A DNA stretch of 62,152 nucleotides from a virus (Duplodnaviria; Caudoviricetes): positions 1-62,152 of IMG/VR virus record IMGVR_UViG_3300035168_000171, one strand, 5' to 3'. Shown here one piece after another: positions 54,023-62,152 of this stretch. The position numbers and the translations under genes are program-made. The notes beneath the pieces were generated by a model. The model searched no databases. It was given only the letters and a program-made list of their open reading frames with translations, and was not told the DNA's origin. Numbering within the stretch: the first letter of the stretch is position 1; the number at the start of each line of letters is the position of its first letter.

Positions 54023-55779
54023 CAGATCTCCTCTAACTCGACCGGGGACACTAGCACTGTTTCGGCGATCACATCCACCATCTCATCCGGCACCGGAGGC
54101 AGCGGCCACGAGCAGCAGGTAGCAAGGCACCAATCTGTGAATCGATCAGCAAGTAATTGACGACTTACTGAATTTGGATGTCCTTGTCCCAACCACCAAT
54201 CTGCGAGTTGATCAGTTGCGGGATGAATTGCAGCACGAAGATCGATACCGAGACTTGCGAGTCGATCCACACCGAGCAAACTTGGGAGCCGACCGTTCGA
54301 TACGGATTCAGGGTCAATCTCTAACGGAGGTTCGATACCGGCGCCATTGAGTCGTCCGAGTCGGGTCCGGGCAGCAGCACCGACTCGAGAAACGGCGGTC
54401 CGGGCTGCCATGGAAACAGCGGCCCGGAGAGCCTCAGTTGCTCCATCCGACAGAACTGAACCAGACGCTCGAACAGGCTCATTGCCGGCAACCTCACTGG
54501 GGTCAAGTTCTCGGGCGGCACCTGGGTTACTTCCCTTCCGGAGGAGGACGATCCGGTCGAGGTCTTCTTGAGTGGCGGCATCTTCTTCCTGGATGCCTGA
54601 AACTCGACGGACGAATGCGGCATTGACGAGTCCGCGGTCGTAGAGATCCTTCGCATCGGCGACACTGTGCCGACGAGCGAGAAGTTCAGTGGCATCCGGA
54701 TTCACCATGACGCGCTTGTCGTCAAACTCTTCCGCGAGGATCATCTTCAGTGCTCGCGCGTAGATACGCCCGACGAGTTTAGCGATCGGCTCGAGGTGGC
54801 TACGGTACGTCGACTCTTCGACTTGGAATGCGACGGCTCGGTTCGTCGCGGTCATACCGAGCAGAATCTCGGGTGCGATCGGGAACCCCCAGGCGAGGCG
54901 TTGGATGAGGAATCGCATCTTGTCGTCGAGTCGCTCATCGAATCCGTCTGTCGGTGGACGTGTCCATTGAACTGCTCGAGCACCATTTGACAGCGCACCG
55001 GTCATCATCTCGAATGGACCACGGAGAAGGATTGGGGATGCGCTACTTCGCCGCGGGTCGACGATTTGCGCATTGATCGCTTCCTCAAGGCTAGCTGAGA
55101 AATCACCACCCGGCGTTGAAAGATCAAACTCATTCGCGACGGTCAGAATCCCCATCTGCGCGATTCGACTACGGTTCTGACTGTACGCGAGGTCCTGAAC
55201 CTGCTCAATCTCTTCGAGCACATCGATGACACCACGGAGTGGCGGGTCAGCGACCGTCGGCTTGGCCGGGTGGGGCCAGATAGCGCGAAGGTTGAGATCC
55301 GCTCCCTCAAGCAACTCTTTCCGGTGGTCGTCAACGACGCTGACCGGAAGCCAGAGCGCATCGGGGTCACCGGCGAATACCGGACCGGCCAATGCCTCAA
55401 ATCCGGGCTTGCCGGACAAAGTCTCGAGCGCCGCTTCGGTCATTGCAACGTAGTTGAGTTCGCCGGCAACGATCAGGTTGGTCGTGATGTTGATCGTCGA
55501 CTCGTTGTTCGCGACTTTGAGCATGAGCTCGTCGGATTCAGCCTGGTCAAGCGTCTTTCCGTCAATCGCGACGTCCCAATGGATGCGGCCGATCTGTTCA
55601 GAGATCCAGCCCATGACAGAGCGGACTTCGCCGATCGCGCCCTGATTCGCGCGAAGTCCGGCTGAGTTCGTTCCGTCTGGGGCGCCGTAGTACCGCCATG
55701 CCTTGGCTTGCCATCCCAGATTGGCGGTAGCGATTGCGCCGCCCTGACCGAGGAGTACTGCGCCTGCTGCACTGACCAT
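54022..55779 (-). CDS. Portal protein
   Basis: WQAKAWRYY...IGEV, WPHP, RLA...PEILLG. Confidence 0.85.
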   Translation of the reverse strand: MVSAAGAVLLGQGGAIATANLGWQAKAWRYYGAPDGTNSAGLRANQGAIGEVRSVMGWISEQIGRIHWDVAIDGKTLDQAESDELMLKVANNESTINITTNLIVAGELNYVAMTEAALETLSGKPGFEALAGPVFAGDPDALWLPVSVVDDHRKELLEGADLNLRAIWPHPAKPTVADPPLRGVIDVLEEIEQVQDLAYSQNRSRIAQMGILTVANEFDLSTPGGDFSASLEEAINAQIVDPRRSSASPILLRGPFEMMTGALSNGARAVQWTRPPTDGFDERLDDKMRFLIQRLAWGFPIAPEILLGMTATNRAVAFQVEESTYRSHLEPIAKLVGRIYARALKMILAEEFDDKRVMVNPDATELLARRHSVADAKDLYDRGLVNAAFVRRVSGIQEEDAATQEDLDRIVLLRKGSNPGAARELDPSEVAGNEPVRASGSVLSDGATEALRAAVSMAARTAVSRVGAAARTRLGRLNGAGIEPPLEIDPESVSNGRLPSLLGVDRLASLGIDLRAAIHPATDQLADWWLGQGHPNSVSRQLLADRFTDWCLATCCSWPLPPVPDEMVDVIAETVLVSPVELEEI

Positions 55780-58700
55780 CAGAGGTCAGCTTCCGAGCAA
55801 TTGACGACGAGTCGTATGTCATCTGCAGCGATGACGCCCGCAGTTCCATAGAACTTCACGATGTACGGGCCGTCGTCTGTGAATGGCGTCGGGAAAGTGA
55901 ATGTCCACGTCCCGACAGTCGGATTCTCGAGATCTGTTTCGTCGTACTCATCGATGGTGGTCCCATCCGGGTTGCGAACTCGAACGAGGATACTCGTCGG
56001 GTCTGCCGGATTCCCATCGATATCCGTGAAGAGTCCTGTGACAGTCGGTTGATCGCCGACGTCATACTCTGCTGGAACACTCGATGTGGACAGTACCACG
56101 CGAGCGGAATCTACCACGAGAACGACATCTGGGCTACTGACGCTGAGAATGACATCACCGATTTGGTCAATACCACCAACCTGCACTGCGACGCCGATGA
56201 GAGTGAGGATAGCAACTGGGACATTGAATGTCGCGACGCCGCCACCCGTAAGTTGCAGCGGTACAGGCGTAAGAGTGAGGATCGCTGCCGGAATAACGAC
56301 GACGACGCCAGCAGCACCGACCTCAACGAGTGGCACCAATCCAGACAGAACGATCGTTGCTGGCGGAATTGCCAGCGCTGCGGTACCAACTCCAACAACG
56401 GTGGGCGTTACGGCGGATAATGTCAACACCGCAACAGGGATGACGATTGTTACTGCCGCACCTGCGATAGCAGGCGGTACACCCGACAACGTCAGGACAG
56501 CCGGCGAAATGGCAAATTGAACATTACCCGCTCCAACCAACGTCGGAGCGACGCCCGAGAGTGTGAGAGTCGCAGGTGGGATGGCGAAGAATTGCGGGCC
56601 GCCTTCAGCCGCCACCGACGGTGCGACACCCTGAATGGTAACAACGCCTGTTGGAATCGTAATGAGCGCAGCACCAGTCGCGTCGACATCTGGTGAGAGT
56701 CCTGACAGCGTAAGAATAGCTGGCGGGACAACGAGTGTCGCTACACTCGAGCCGGCAAGCGTAGGCGCGACACCGCTGAGTGTGAGCACGCCGACCGGGA
56801 CGGCGACCCCTCCGACGCCTGTCCCGGTCAGCGCTGGTGCGATTCCGGACAGCGTCAGCACTGCCGTTGGAATCACTACGGGAGCGGCGCCCGCTGGGGC
56901 AACGGACGGCGCAATCCCCGAAAGAGTCAATATGGCGGTTGGAATCTCGATGTTGGTAGCGGCCTCAACGAGCAGTATCCAGTCGCCGTCACCGTCAGAG
57001 TTGGTACCAAGCGAGCCAAACGACTGAGCAGATCCAGTGCCGAACGCACCGAGGGTCGTGTAGGCAGCATTGGTTGGGTCGAACTTACGAACGACGACGC
57101 CCGTGACCGCAGAGAATTCTGTCAGGTCGAGCGTAAGTGTCGCTGATCCACCGTGCGGTCGGTATACGACAGCGAGAACCCCAGTTGCGCCGGTATCATC
57201 GAATCGCGCCGCCGAGCGCGTTGCTCCAGTGCCTTCACCTGATGTCAGGAACGTGTCGGTGGTATCCGGCACCATCGCTGCCCACGCTTCATCGAGTGAC
57301 ACGACGAATGCCGCGAATCGTTCGAGATCGAGTGAGCCCTGCGAGTTGAATTCAGCGGCGTAACCAGAACCGAACAACCAGATCGGGTTATTACCGAAGA
57401 TCGCGTATGTCGCTCCGCTGACCAACGGGCCATACATGAGAGACCGGAGCATCGCATTCGTGATGCCGTCATTCTCATAACGCCCTTCGAGGAAGCCGGT
57501 CGGCATGGTCGGGCTTGCCGCCCACCCTGCCTGGGTATGAAGGGCTGCTTCATTGTCATTGCGGAAGTAGACGGTGTCGAGGTCGTAATCGACGCCCGAA
57601 CTCTCCCACGCATCAGATCCGAGTTGCTCTACTCCGCCGACTGTGACAAGATGCGAAGTGACGGCCTGGATGGCGTCCGACATCGCCGCTTCACGAGCCT
57701 CTTCGGTGGCGGATGGATTCTTATCGTGACCAATCAGCCAGATGATGTTCGGCCACGCGGCGTAGCGTGTGCCGATTGACGTACCATACGTCGTCATTTG
57801 CCCGTTTGTCGCAGCGACGATCTCAGTGTCCCAACCTTCTTCGGTGCCGGAGAATCCAAGATAGGCGGGGCAAATCAAACAGGTGATCCCAAGTCGATAC
57901 GACTCGGACACAGCGTGATCAACGACGTCCCAGTAATCGTCATTGATCGCCGACTGGAATGCTGTCCCAGTGAACGGCGAGTCGTTGTTGTCGTTGTTCG
58001 GAGCATTGTCTGAGAATAGATGCTCGATCGCATTCCACAGGACGAGGTTGACGCCCTTCGCTGCCCGATCTTCGAGATACGTCGTGATATCCGCAGTCGA
58101 CAACTGTGCGACGAGCGACCATCCGGTGTCACCTGCACCGAACCATGGATCACCATTCTCGTCGACCAGATACCTCGAGTTGCCGGACACTGCGACGGGG
58201 AAATGCCCGAGGTGAATCGCGATGTTGACGCCCGAGAGGGTGACGGTGGCGACCGGCAGTGTGAACGACGCGATACCGACGCCAGCGATCGCGGGGGCGA
58301 GACCGGACAATATCAAGGTTGCTACCGGAATCGGGATGTTGACCGCTCCCTCTACCAATGTCGGCACCACGCCGGACAGGGTGAGAGTCCCGGTCGGGAC
58401 GGCGAGGGTAGCCGCGCCTGCTCCCGCCACCGCCGGTGCGATTCCGGACAGCGTGAGCGTCGCGGTCGGGACATTGATGTTCTGTACCGTCGAGGCCGGG
58501 CGCAGGGCGATAACGACGGCGGCCCACTGGTCGGTGCCGACAAGGACCTGATTGAACGTCGGCGCAGTCACCGAACCGGCGGTCGCCTGCGTCCTCGCCG
58601 CTGCGGCGTCGGCGTGATCGGCGCCGGTGGTGGTGTCATAGTCGACGCCGCCATAGAGGAGACCGAAGTTGCCAGGGGTGGACAGGTTGATGGCGTTGTC

Positions 58701-59783
58701 GTCTGATGTCGTGACGCACGCGACGACGACGGCGTTGTTCGTGACGGTGGTGATCCCGGTCGGAGTAAACGTCCCGGCGGCATTCGACTCCGACGGCACC
58801 GCCGTCGCGTCCATCGCTGTCGTGGTGTCGACACCGCGCCAGATCTGGCACTGCACCGACATCCCGTCGGCGGTGTCACCGGTCCACGCCGGCAACGACT
58901 CCGACGCGGTCAACTTCTTGTAGTAGACGGAGCAGCGGATGTCCTGCGCGCCGATCTCATTGAGTTGCGTGCCGGCCTTCGTCCAGTTCGTCGGCGTTGT
59001 GAACTCGCCGGTGTCGGCGATCGTCTCGCCGAGATGAACGATGGCGAGGTCGTCGGCGACCGCGGTGTAGCCGGTCGGGTAGGTCGGGGTGGCGGTGGTG
59101 GTGCCGACGACCTGTGCGCCGACGCCGATGAGGTATGGGTTTGTCTGCGTCGCCGGCGCGATGGTGACGACCGCGATGTTGTAGAGGCCCGTCGTCGTCC
59201 AGTTCAGGTTCGAGGTGCCGGTACTCGAACCCGCCGCGCCCATCCACTTGTAGTAGATGGCATTGGCGTTGCCGCCGAAGCCATAGAGGTCGAGTGTGAT
59301 CCAGCCGGTCGGCGGCGTGGCCGGGATCGTGCCGGGGGTGATGACGAAGGCGATCGCCAGACAGTCGGCGGCGGTCGTGGTGACGGAAGGGAAGTTGGCG
59401 TTCGTCGCCGAACCCGACGTCGAGTTGGAACCGTCGATCGGTGTCGTCGGATGCGACTCGACGAGTCGCAGCATCGCCCCGTCGTTGTACTGCGAGGTGC
59501 CGGTGATCGTCGATGTGTACGTCGGCCCCTCGGAGCCGTCGGCGATGCGCCGCTGGAGTCGGGCGAGCTGCTGCGCGCCACCCGACGCCGTGCCGTACGA
59601 CGCGATGACGTCGGTGAACCCGGTGATGGCCCCCGGCACCGTCACCGTCGGGGCGTTGTAGTTCACCAGATGGGTGAGCAGCAGATCGTTGGTTGCGAGG
59701 CCACCCGGCTCCGCCAACGAGATCGAGGCGTTGCCGCCGTTGTCGTCGAGGAACTCGGTGTGGATCGCGTAGAGGGCGGTCAA
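55779..59783 (-). CDS. 1334-aa virion fibre with DUF4038/GH140-like glycosidase inserted into a repeat shaft
   Basis: Two N-terminal beta domains; ~15 ~24-aa PxAxLTLSGxxP repeats; NSRYLVDENGDPWF..GDTGW, YLEDRAAKG.N, EGRYE; C-terminal Ig-like domain. Confidence 0.75.
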   Translation of the reverse strand: MTALYAIHTEFLDDNGGNASISLAEPGGLATNDLLLTHLVNYNAPTVTVPGAITGFTDVIASYGTASGGAQQLARLQRRIADGSEGPTYTSTITGTSQYNDGAMLRLVESHPTTPIDGSNSTSGSATNANFPSVTTTAADCLAIAFVITPGTIPATPPTGWITLDLYGFGGNANAIYYKWMGAAGSSTGTSNLNWTTTGLYNIAVVTIAPATQTNPYLIGVGAQVVGTTTATPTYPTGYTAVADDLAIVHLGETIADTGEFTTPTNWTKAGTQLNEIGAQDIRCSVYYKKLTASESLPAWTGDTADGMSVQCQIWRGVDTTTAMDATAVPSESNAAGTFTPTGITTVTNNAVVVACVTTSDDNAINLSTPGNFGLLYGGVDYDTTTGADHADAAAARTQATAGSVTAPTFNQVLVGTDQWAAVVIALRPASTVQNINVPTATLTLSGIAPAVAGAGAATLAVPTGTLTLSGVVPTLVEGAVNIPIPVATLILSGLAPAIAGVGIASFTLPVATVTLSGVNIAIHLGHFPVAVSGNSRYLVDENGDPWFGAGDTGWSLVAQLSTADITTYLEDRAAKGVNLVLWNAIEHLFSDNAPNNDNNDSPFTGTAFQSAINDDYWDVVDHAVSESYRLGITCLICPAYLGFSGTEEGWDTEIVAATNGQMTTYGTSIGTRYAAWPNIIWLIGHDKNPSATEEAREAAMSDAIQAVTSHLVTVGGVEQLGSDAWESSGVDYDLDTVYFRNDNEAALHTQAGWAASPTMPTGFLEGRYENDGITNAMLRSLMYGPLVSGATYAIFGNNPIWLFGSGYAAEFNSQGSLDLERFAAFVVSLDEAWAAMVPDTTDTFLTSGEGTGATRSAARFDDTGATGVLAVVYRPHGGSATLTLDLTEFSAVTGVVVRKFDPTNAAYTTLGAFGTGSAQSFGSLGTNSDGDGDWILLVEAATNIEIPTAILTLSGIAPSVAPAGAAPVVIPTAVLTLSGIAPALTGTGVGGVAVPVGVLTLSGVAPTLAGSSVATLVVPPAILTLSGLSPDVDATGAALITIPTGVVTIQGVAPSVAAEGGPQFFAIPPATLTLSGVAPTLVGAGNVQFAISPAVLTLSGVPPAIAGAAVTIVIPVAVLTLSAVTPTVVGVGTAALAIPPATIVLSGLVPLVEVGAAGVVVVIPAAILTLTPVPLQLTGGGVATFNVPVAILTLIGVAVQVGGIDQIGDVILSVSSPDVVLVVDSARVVLSTSSVPAEYDVGDQPTVTGLFTDIDGNPADPTSILVRVRNPDGTTIDEYDETDLENPTVGTWTFTFPTPFTDDGPYIVKFYGTAGVIAADDIRLVVNCSEADL

Positions 59784-59798
59784 GCGCGCCCCTCCCCG

Positions 59799-60947
59799 TT
59801 ACGGGGTGACCCGAATGTCGTCGAGATGCCAGGTTGTCGAGATGACAGCGCCATCCTTGGTTGGCGTGTAATACTTGAACTCGAACATCACCTTCGATGG
59901 CACCGTGGGGAATGCGCCGGCACGCTGGTGCGACAAGAGCACGGACCCGGTCTGCGGATCGAAGATCCGAGTACGCAATTGCCCGGCTCCGTTATCTTCG
60001 AAGCACATCGGGTAGCGGGTTGCGACATCGCCGTTGGCATCGAACGCATTCCACTGGTTGATGTTGCCGTTGATGCCGAGTTTGCCGAGCCATGCCGATG
60101 GGCCTGACCAAAGCGTGACTGCGTAGTTCGCCTTGGGGTATACGACGACCTCTGGGCGTCCTTCGACGGCACTGGCAATGGATGACTCAACGAACAGATC
60201 GGGAGCGTCAGCAGGGATGACTCCGACTTCAAACCATTGCCGGGTACCCATGTCGGTCAGGTTGATCGACCAGCACACCGATGCCGCGCCCTGCATGTTG
60301 AACGTTCGGTTCGGGCTTGCGAACATGATGCTGTACCCGGACGTGTCACCCTCCGAGAACATCACGTGCTGAGCGCACTCGTAGAATCCCTCTTCGGTAT
60401 TCCCACGGTGCACAGTGCGCTTCAGATCGGGCGTTGAACACTGTTCGGTGTGGTCGGCAGGCCATTGCGTCTGAGCGATGAGCGTATTGTCACGACGCCA
60501 GAGTCCGTGCCGCATCTGACTCTCGAACTGCCCGGGGCTGTTGAAGTCGACGGCGAATGCCTGATTGGGCAGCACCGTCGTGGTGGTCGTTGGCGCGACG
60601 GTCGTTGAGGTGGTCGTGCTCGACGTCGTGGTACTCGTCGTCGTGGTAGTTTCCGGGATTGTCGTCGTTGTCGTCGTAGGAGGCGAGGTAGTCGTCGTGC
60701 TGGGCGGTGTAGTTGTCGGTGCGACAGTCGTTGTCGGCGTCGGAGCGAAACAATCGTCCGGATCGAGGTTGGAGGGGGCTGAGAATTCGCCGGTCGGGTC
60801 GCGCTGGACATCATAGACGACGTGACAGGGAGCGACGACACTGTCATCTTGCGCAGCGATGTCGATGACCGCAATAGTGCTGACAGCACCGAAACCCGCA
60901 AGTGCGGCGAGTGCGGCAGCGCCTCGGCGCCACGACATCGCACTCAT
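59799..60947 (-). CDS. Secreted protein with Thr-rich linker and beta-sandwich domain
   Basis: Signal-like N-terminus, TTTT stalk, C-terminal WHLDDIRV. Confidence 0.75.
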   Translation of the reverse strand: MSAMSWRRGAAALAALAGFGAVSTIAVIDIAAQDDSVVAPCHVVYDVQRDPTGEFSAPSNLDPDDCFAPTPTTTVAPTTTPPSTTTTSPPTTTTTTIPETTTTTSTTTSSTTTSTTVAPTTTTTVLPNQAFAVDFNSPGQFESQMRHGLWRRDNTLIAQTQWPADHTEQCSTPDLKRTVHRGNTEEGFYECAQHVMFSEGDTSGYSIMFASPNRTFNMQGAASVCWSINLTDMGTRQWFEVGVIPADAPDLFVESSIASAVEGRPEVVVYPKANYAVTLWSGPSAWLGKLGINGNINQWNAFDANGDVATRYPMCFEDNGAGQLRTRIFDPQTGSVLLSHQRAGAFPTVPSKVMFEFKYYTPTKDGAVISTTWHLDDIRVTP

Positions 60948-61408
60948 TAGACTGCCCGATAGAGGTCAGTGATCGTCGCAGTGATGTCTGAACCGTTGGT
61001 CGGCACGCCTGGCGGGTCAAGCCAGAACACCGACAGCAGCGGGCTGTCGGCGTCGTTTGTGACGAGTTGGAACACAAACCCGCCGATGATGTCGTCACCG
61101 GTCGCGACGGCCGAGAGTGTCTCGTTGCCGGCGTCCATGTTGACGCGGTTGTTCGTGTCATCTTCGGTTGCGTTGGTGCGATCGAGCGTCATGCGAGCGT
61201 AGTTCGCCGCGGTTGGTTCATCAACACCAGTGAGTGCGAGGAAATCCGCAACGAAGTTGAGATCCTGAAGTTCGGCCTCGGTGTCTGCCGCAGCCGGGAC
61301 TGACGTCCCTTCCACGTACCCCATGCGAAGATCAGTCGCGCCGAGGTCATCCCATCCACCTTGCATCAGAATGAGCTTGCCTCGGTTCGTCAGCCAATGG
61401 TTTGCCAT
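60947..61408 (-). CDS. Virion fibre-associated structural protein
   Basis: YARMTL...DDTNNRV.MDA...PTNGSDIT, a pattern commonly found next to fibre genes. Confidence 0.65.
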   Translation of the reverse strand: MANHWLTNRGKLILMQGGWDDLGATDLRMGYVEGTSVPAAADTEAELQDLNFVADFLALTGVDEPTAANYARMTLDRTNATEDDTNNRVNMDAGNETLSAVATGDDIIGGFVFQLVTNDADSPLLSVFWLDPPGVPTNGSDITATITDLYRAV

Positions 61409-62152
61409 GTGATTTCTCCCTTACGGTCCCAGATGCCTGGAATCTAGCCTGCCGATCAGCTGCTGTACATCTGATCGGGGTCATTTGCCCCGAGCAGACC
61501 TGTGACAGCAGCAGCCGCAAGTCCGACAAGGACGGGCGCAGCAATCCCTCGTTTGACTCGACGGTTGGCTACGAGCGTGAGTCCGAACGCGAGCCATGTT
61601 CCCATGCACCACGGGCAATGCCACATGTGGAACAACTTCGGCCAGCGTGTTTCTTCTTCATCTTCCGGCTCGAGCGCATCACCGAGTTCGGCCGGATCAG
61701 TGACTTCGACTTTGACACCGAACAACCAACCGCGGGCCCGACGTGAGATCACGTCGACAGCGATGAGTCGCCAGAGACGATAGGCAGCACCGCCGATGAG
61801 GGGGACGGCGATGAGCGGATTCACGCCGGGAACGGAATCGGTTTGCCAGACTCCGTCCACATCTCGGGTTCGGCAGGCAGTTGTGCGAGGAAATTGCGGG
61901 CCGGGCCCCGGAGGTGCTTCGGGGTCTGGCACCCGCAGGAGGCCCGGGCGAAGGCGAAATCGGTCGGGCCCTCGGCGAGGAGGGTGCCGGAGAGGACTCG
62001 TCCTCGGATGCGGGGCTCTTCGGTAAAGCGGAGGGTGACGGGGTAGACGTCGCTGCTCTCCGGGAAGAGGGCAAATTCGGTGTTGGCAGTCTGGATGAGT
62101 CTGGCGCGAAAGGCGCCGGTGGACCCGATCTGGGCCGTGCCGAAACTGTCAA
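61244..62152. repeat. Terminal direct repeat, copy 2 (diverged)
   Basis: Matches 1-915. Confidence 0.95.
61456..61824 (-). CDS. DUF1360-like membrane protein, second allele
   Basis: Differs from 213..581 by three amino acids. Confidence 0.7.
   Translation of the reverse strand: MNPLIAVPLIGGAAYRLWRLIAVDVISRRARGWLFGVKVEVTDPAELGDALEPEDEEETRWPKLFHMWHCPWCMGTWLAFGLTLVANRRVKRGIAAPVLVGLAAAAVTGLLGANDPDQMYSS

Noticed and set aside
1-62152. Integrase, repressor, rRNA or canonical tRNA genes
   Set aside because: No recombinase motifs or full cloverleaves recognised; the ParB-like ORF at 6666 is small and has no ParA partner.

Overview
The window looks like a complete, circularly assembled ~61.2 kb high-GC actinobacterial siphophage genome. 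The first 915 bp are repeated, in diverged form, at 61244-62152. No integrase or repressor is recognisable, so the phage is probably lytic; an Acidimicrobiia-like host is a weak inference from the T-rich secreted proteins. Minus strand: TerL, fibre genes, portal, protease, two capsid-type proteins, major tail protein, a glycosyltransferase cassette, connectors, frameshifted chaperones, tape measure, minor tails and an M15 endolysin, plus a primase-helicase and a TerS-like gene. Plus strand: many small early genes driven by nine near-identical TGGAC(A/G)-N17-TACAAT, mostly leaderless, promoters, followed by nucleotide metabolism, PolA, RuvC, SNF2, a base-hypermodification cluster, recombination genes and a C5 methyltransferase. 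The most striking unannotated signal is an array of five ~43-nt, fully covarying, anticodon-less tRNA-like elements punctuating the first early operon (3764-5163). Other highlights are a base-hypermodification pathway whose thymidylate-synthase homolog carries the cytosine-specifying Asp, a Stealth/triple-glycosyltransferase cassette among the virion genes, an anti-Shine-Dalgarno pseudoknot in the primase leader, and a phage-encoded LPxTG surface protein. All family assignments are by motif recognition, not database search.
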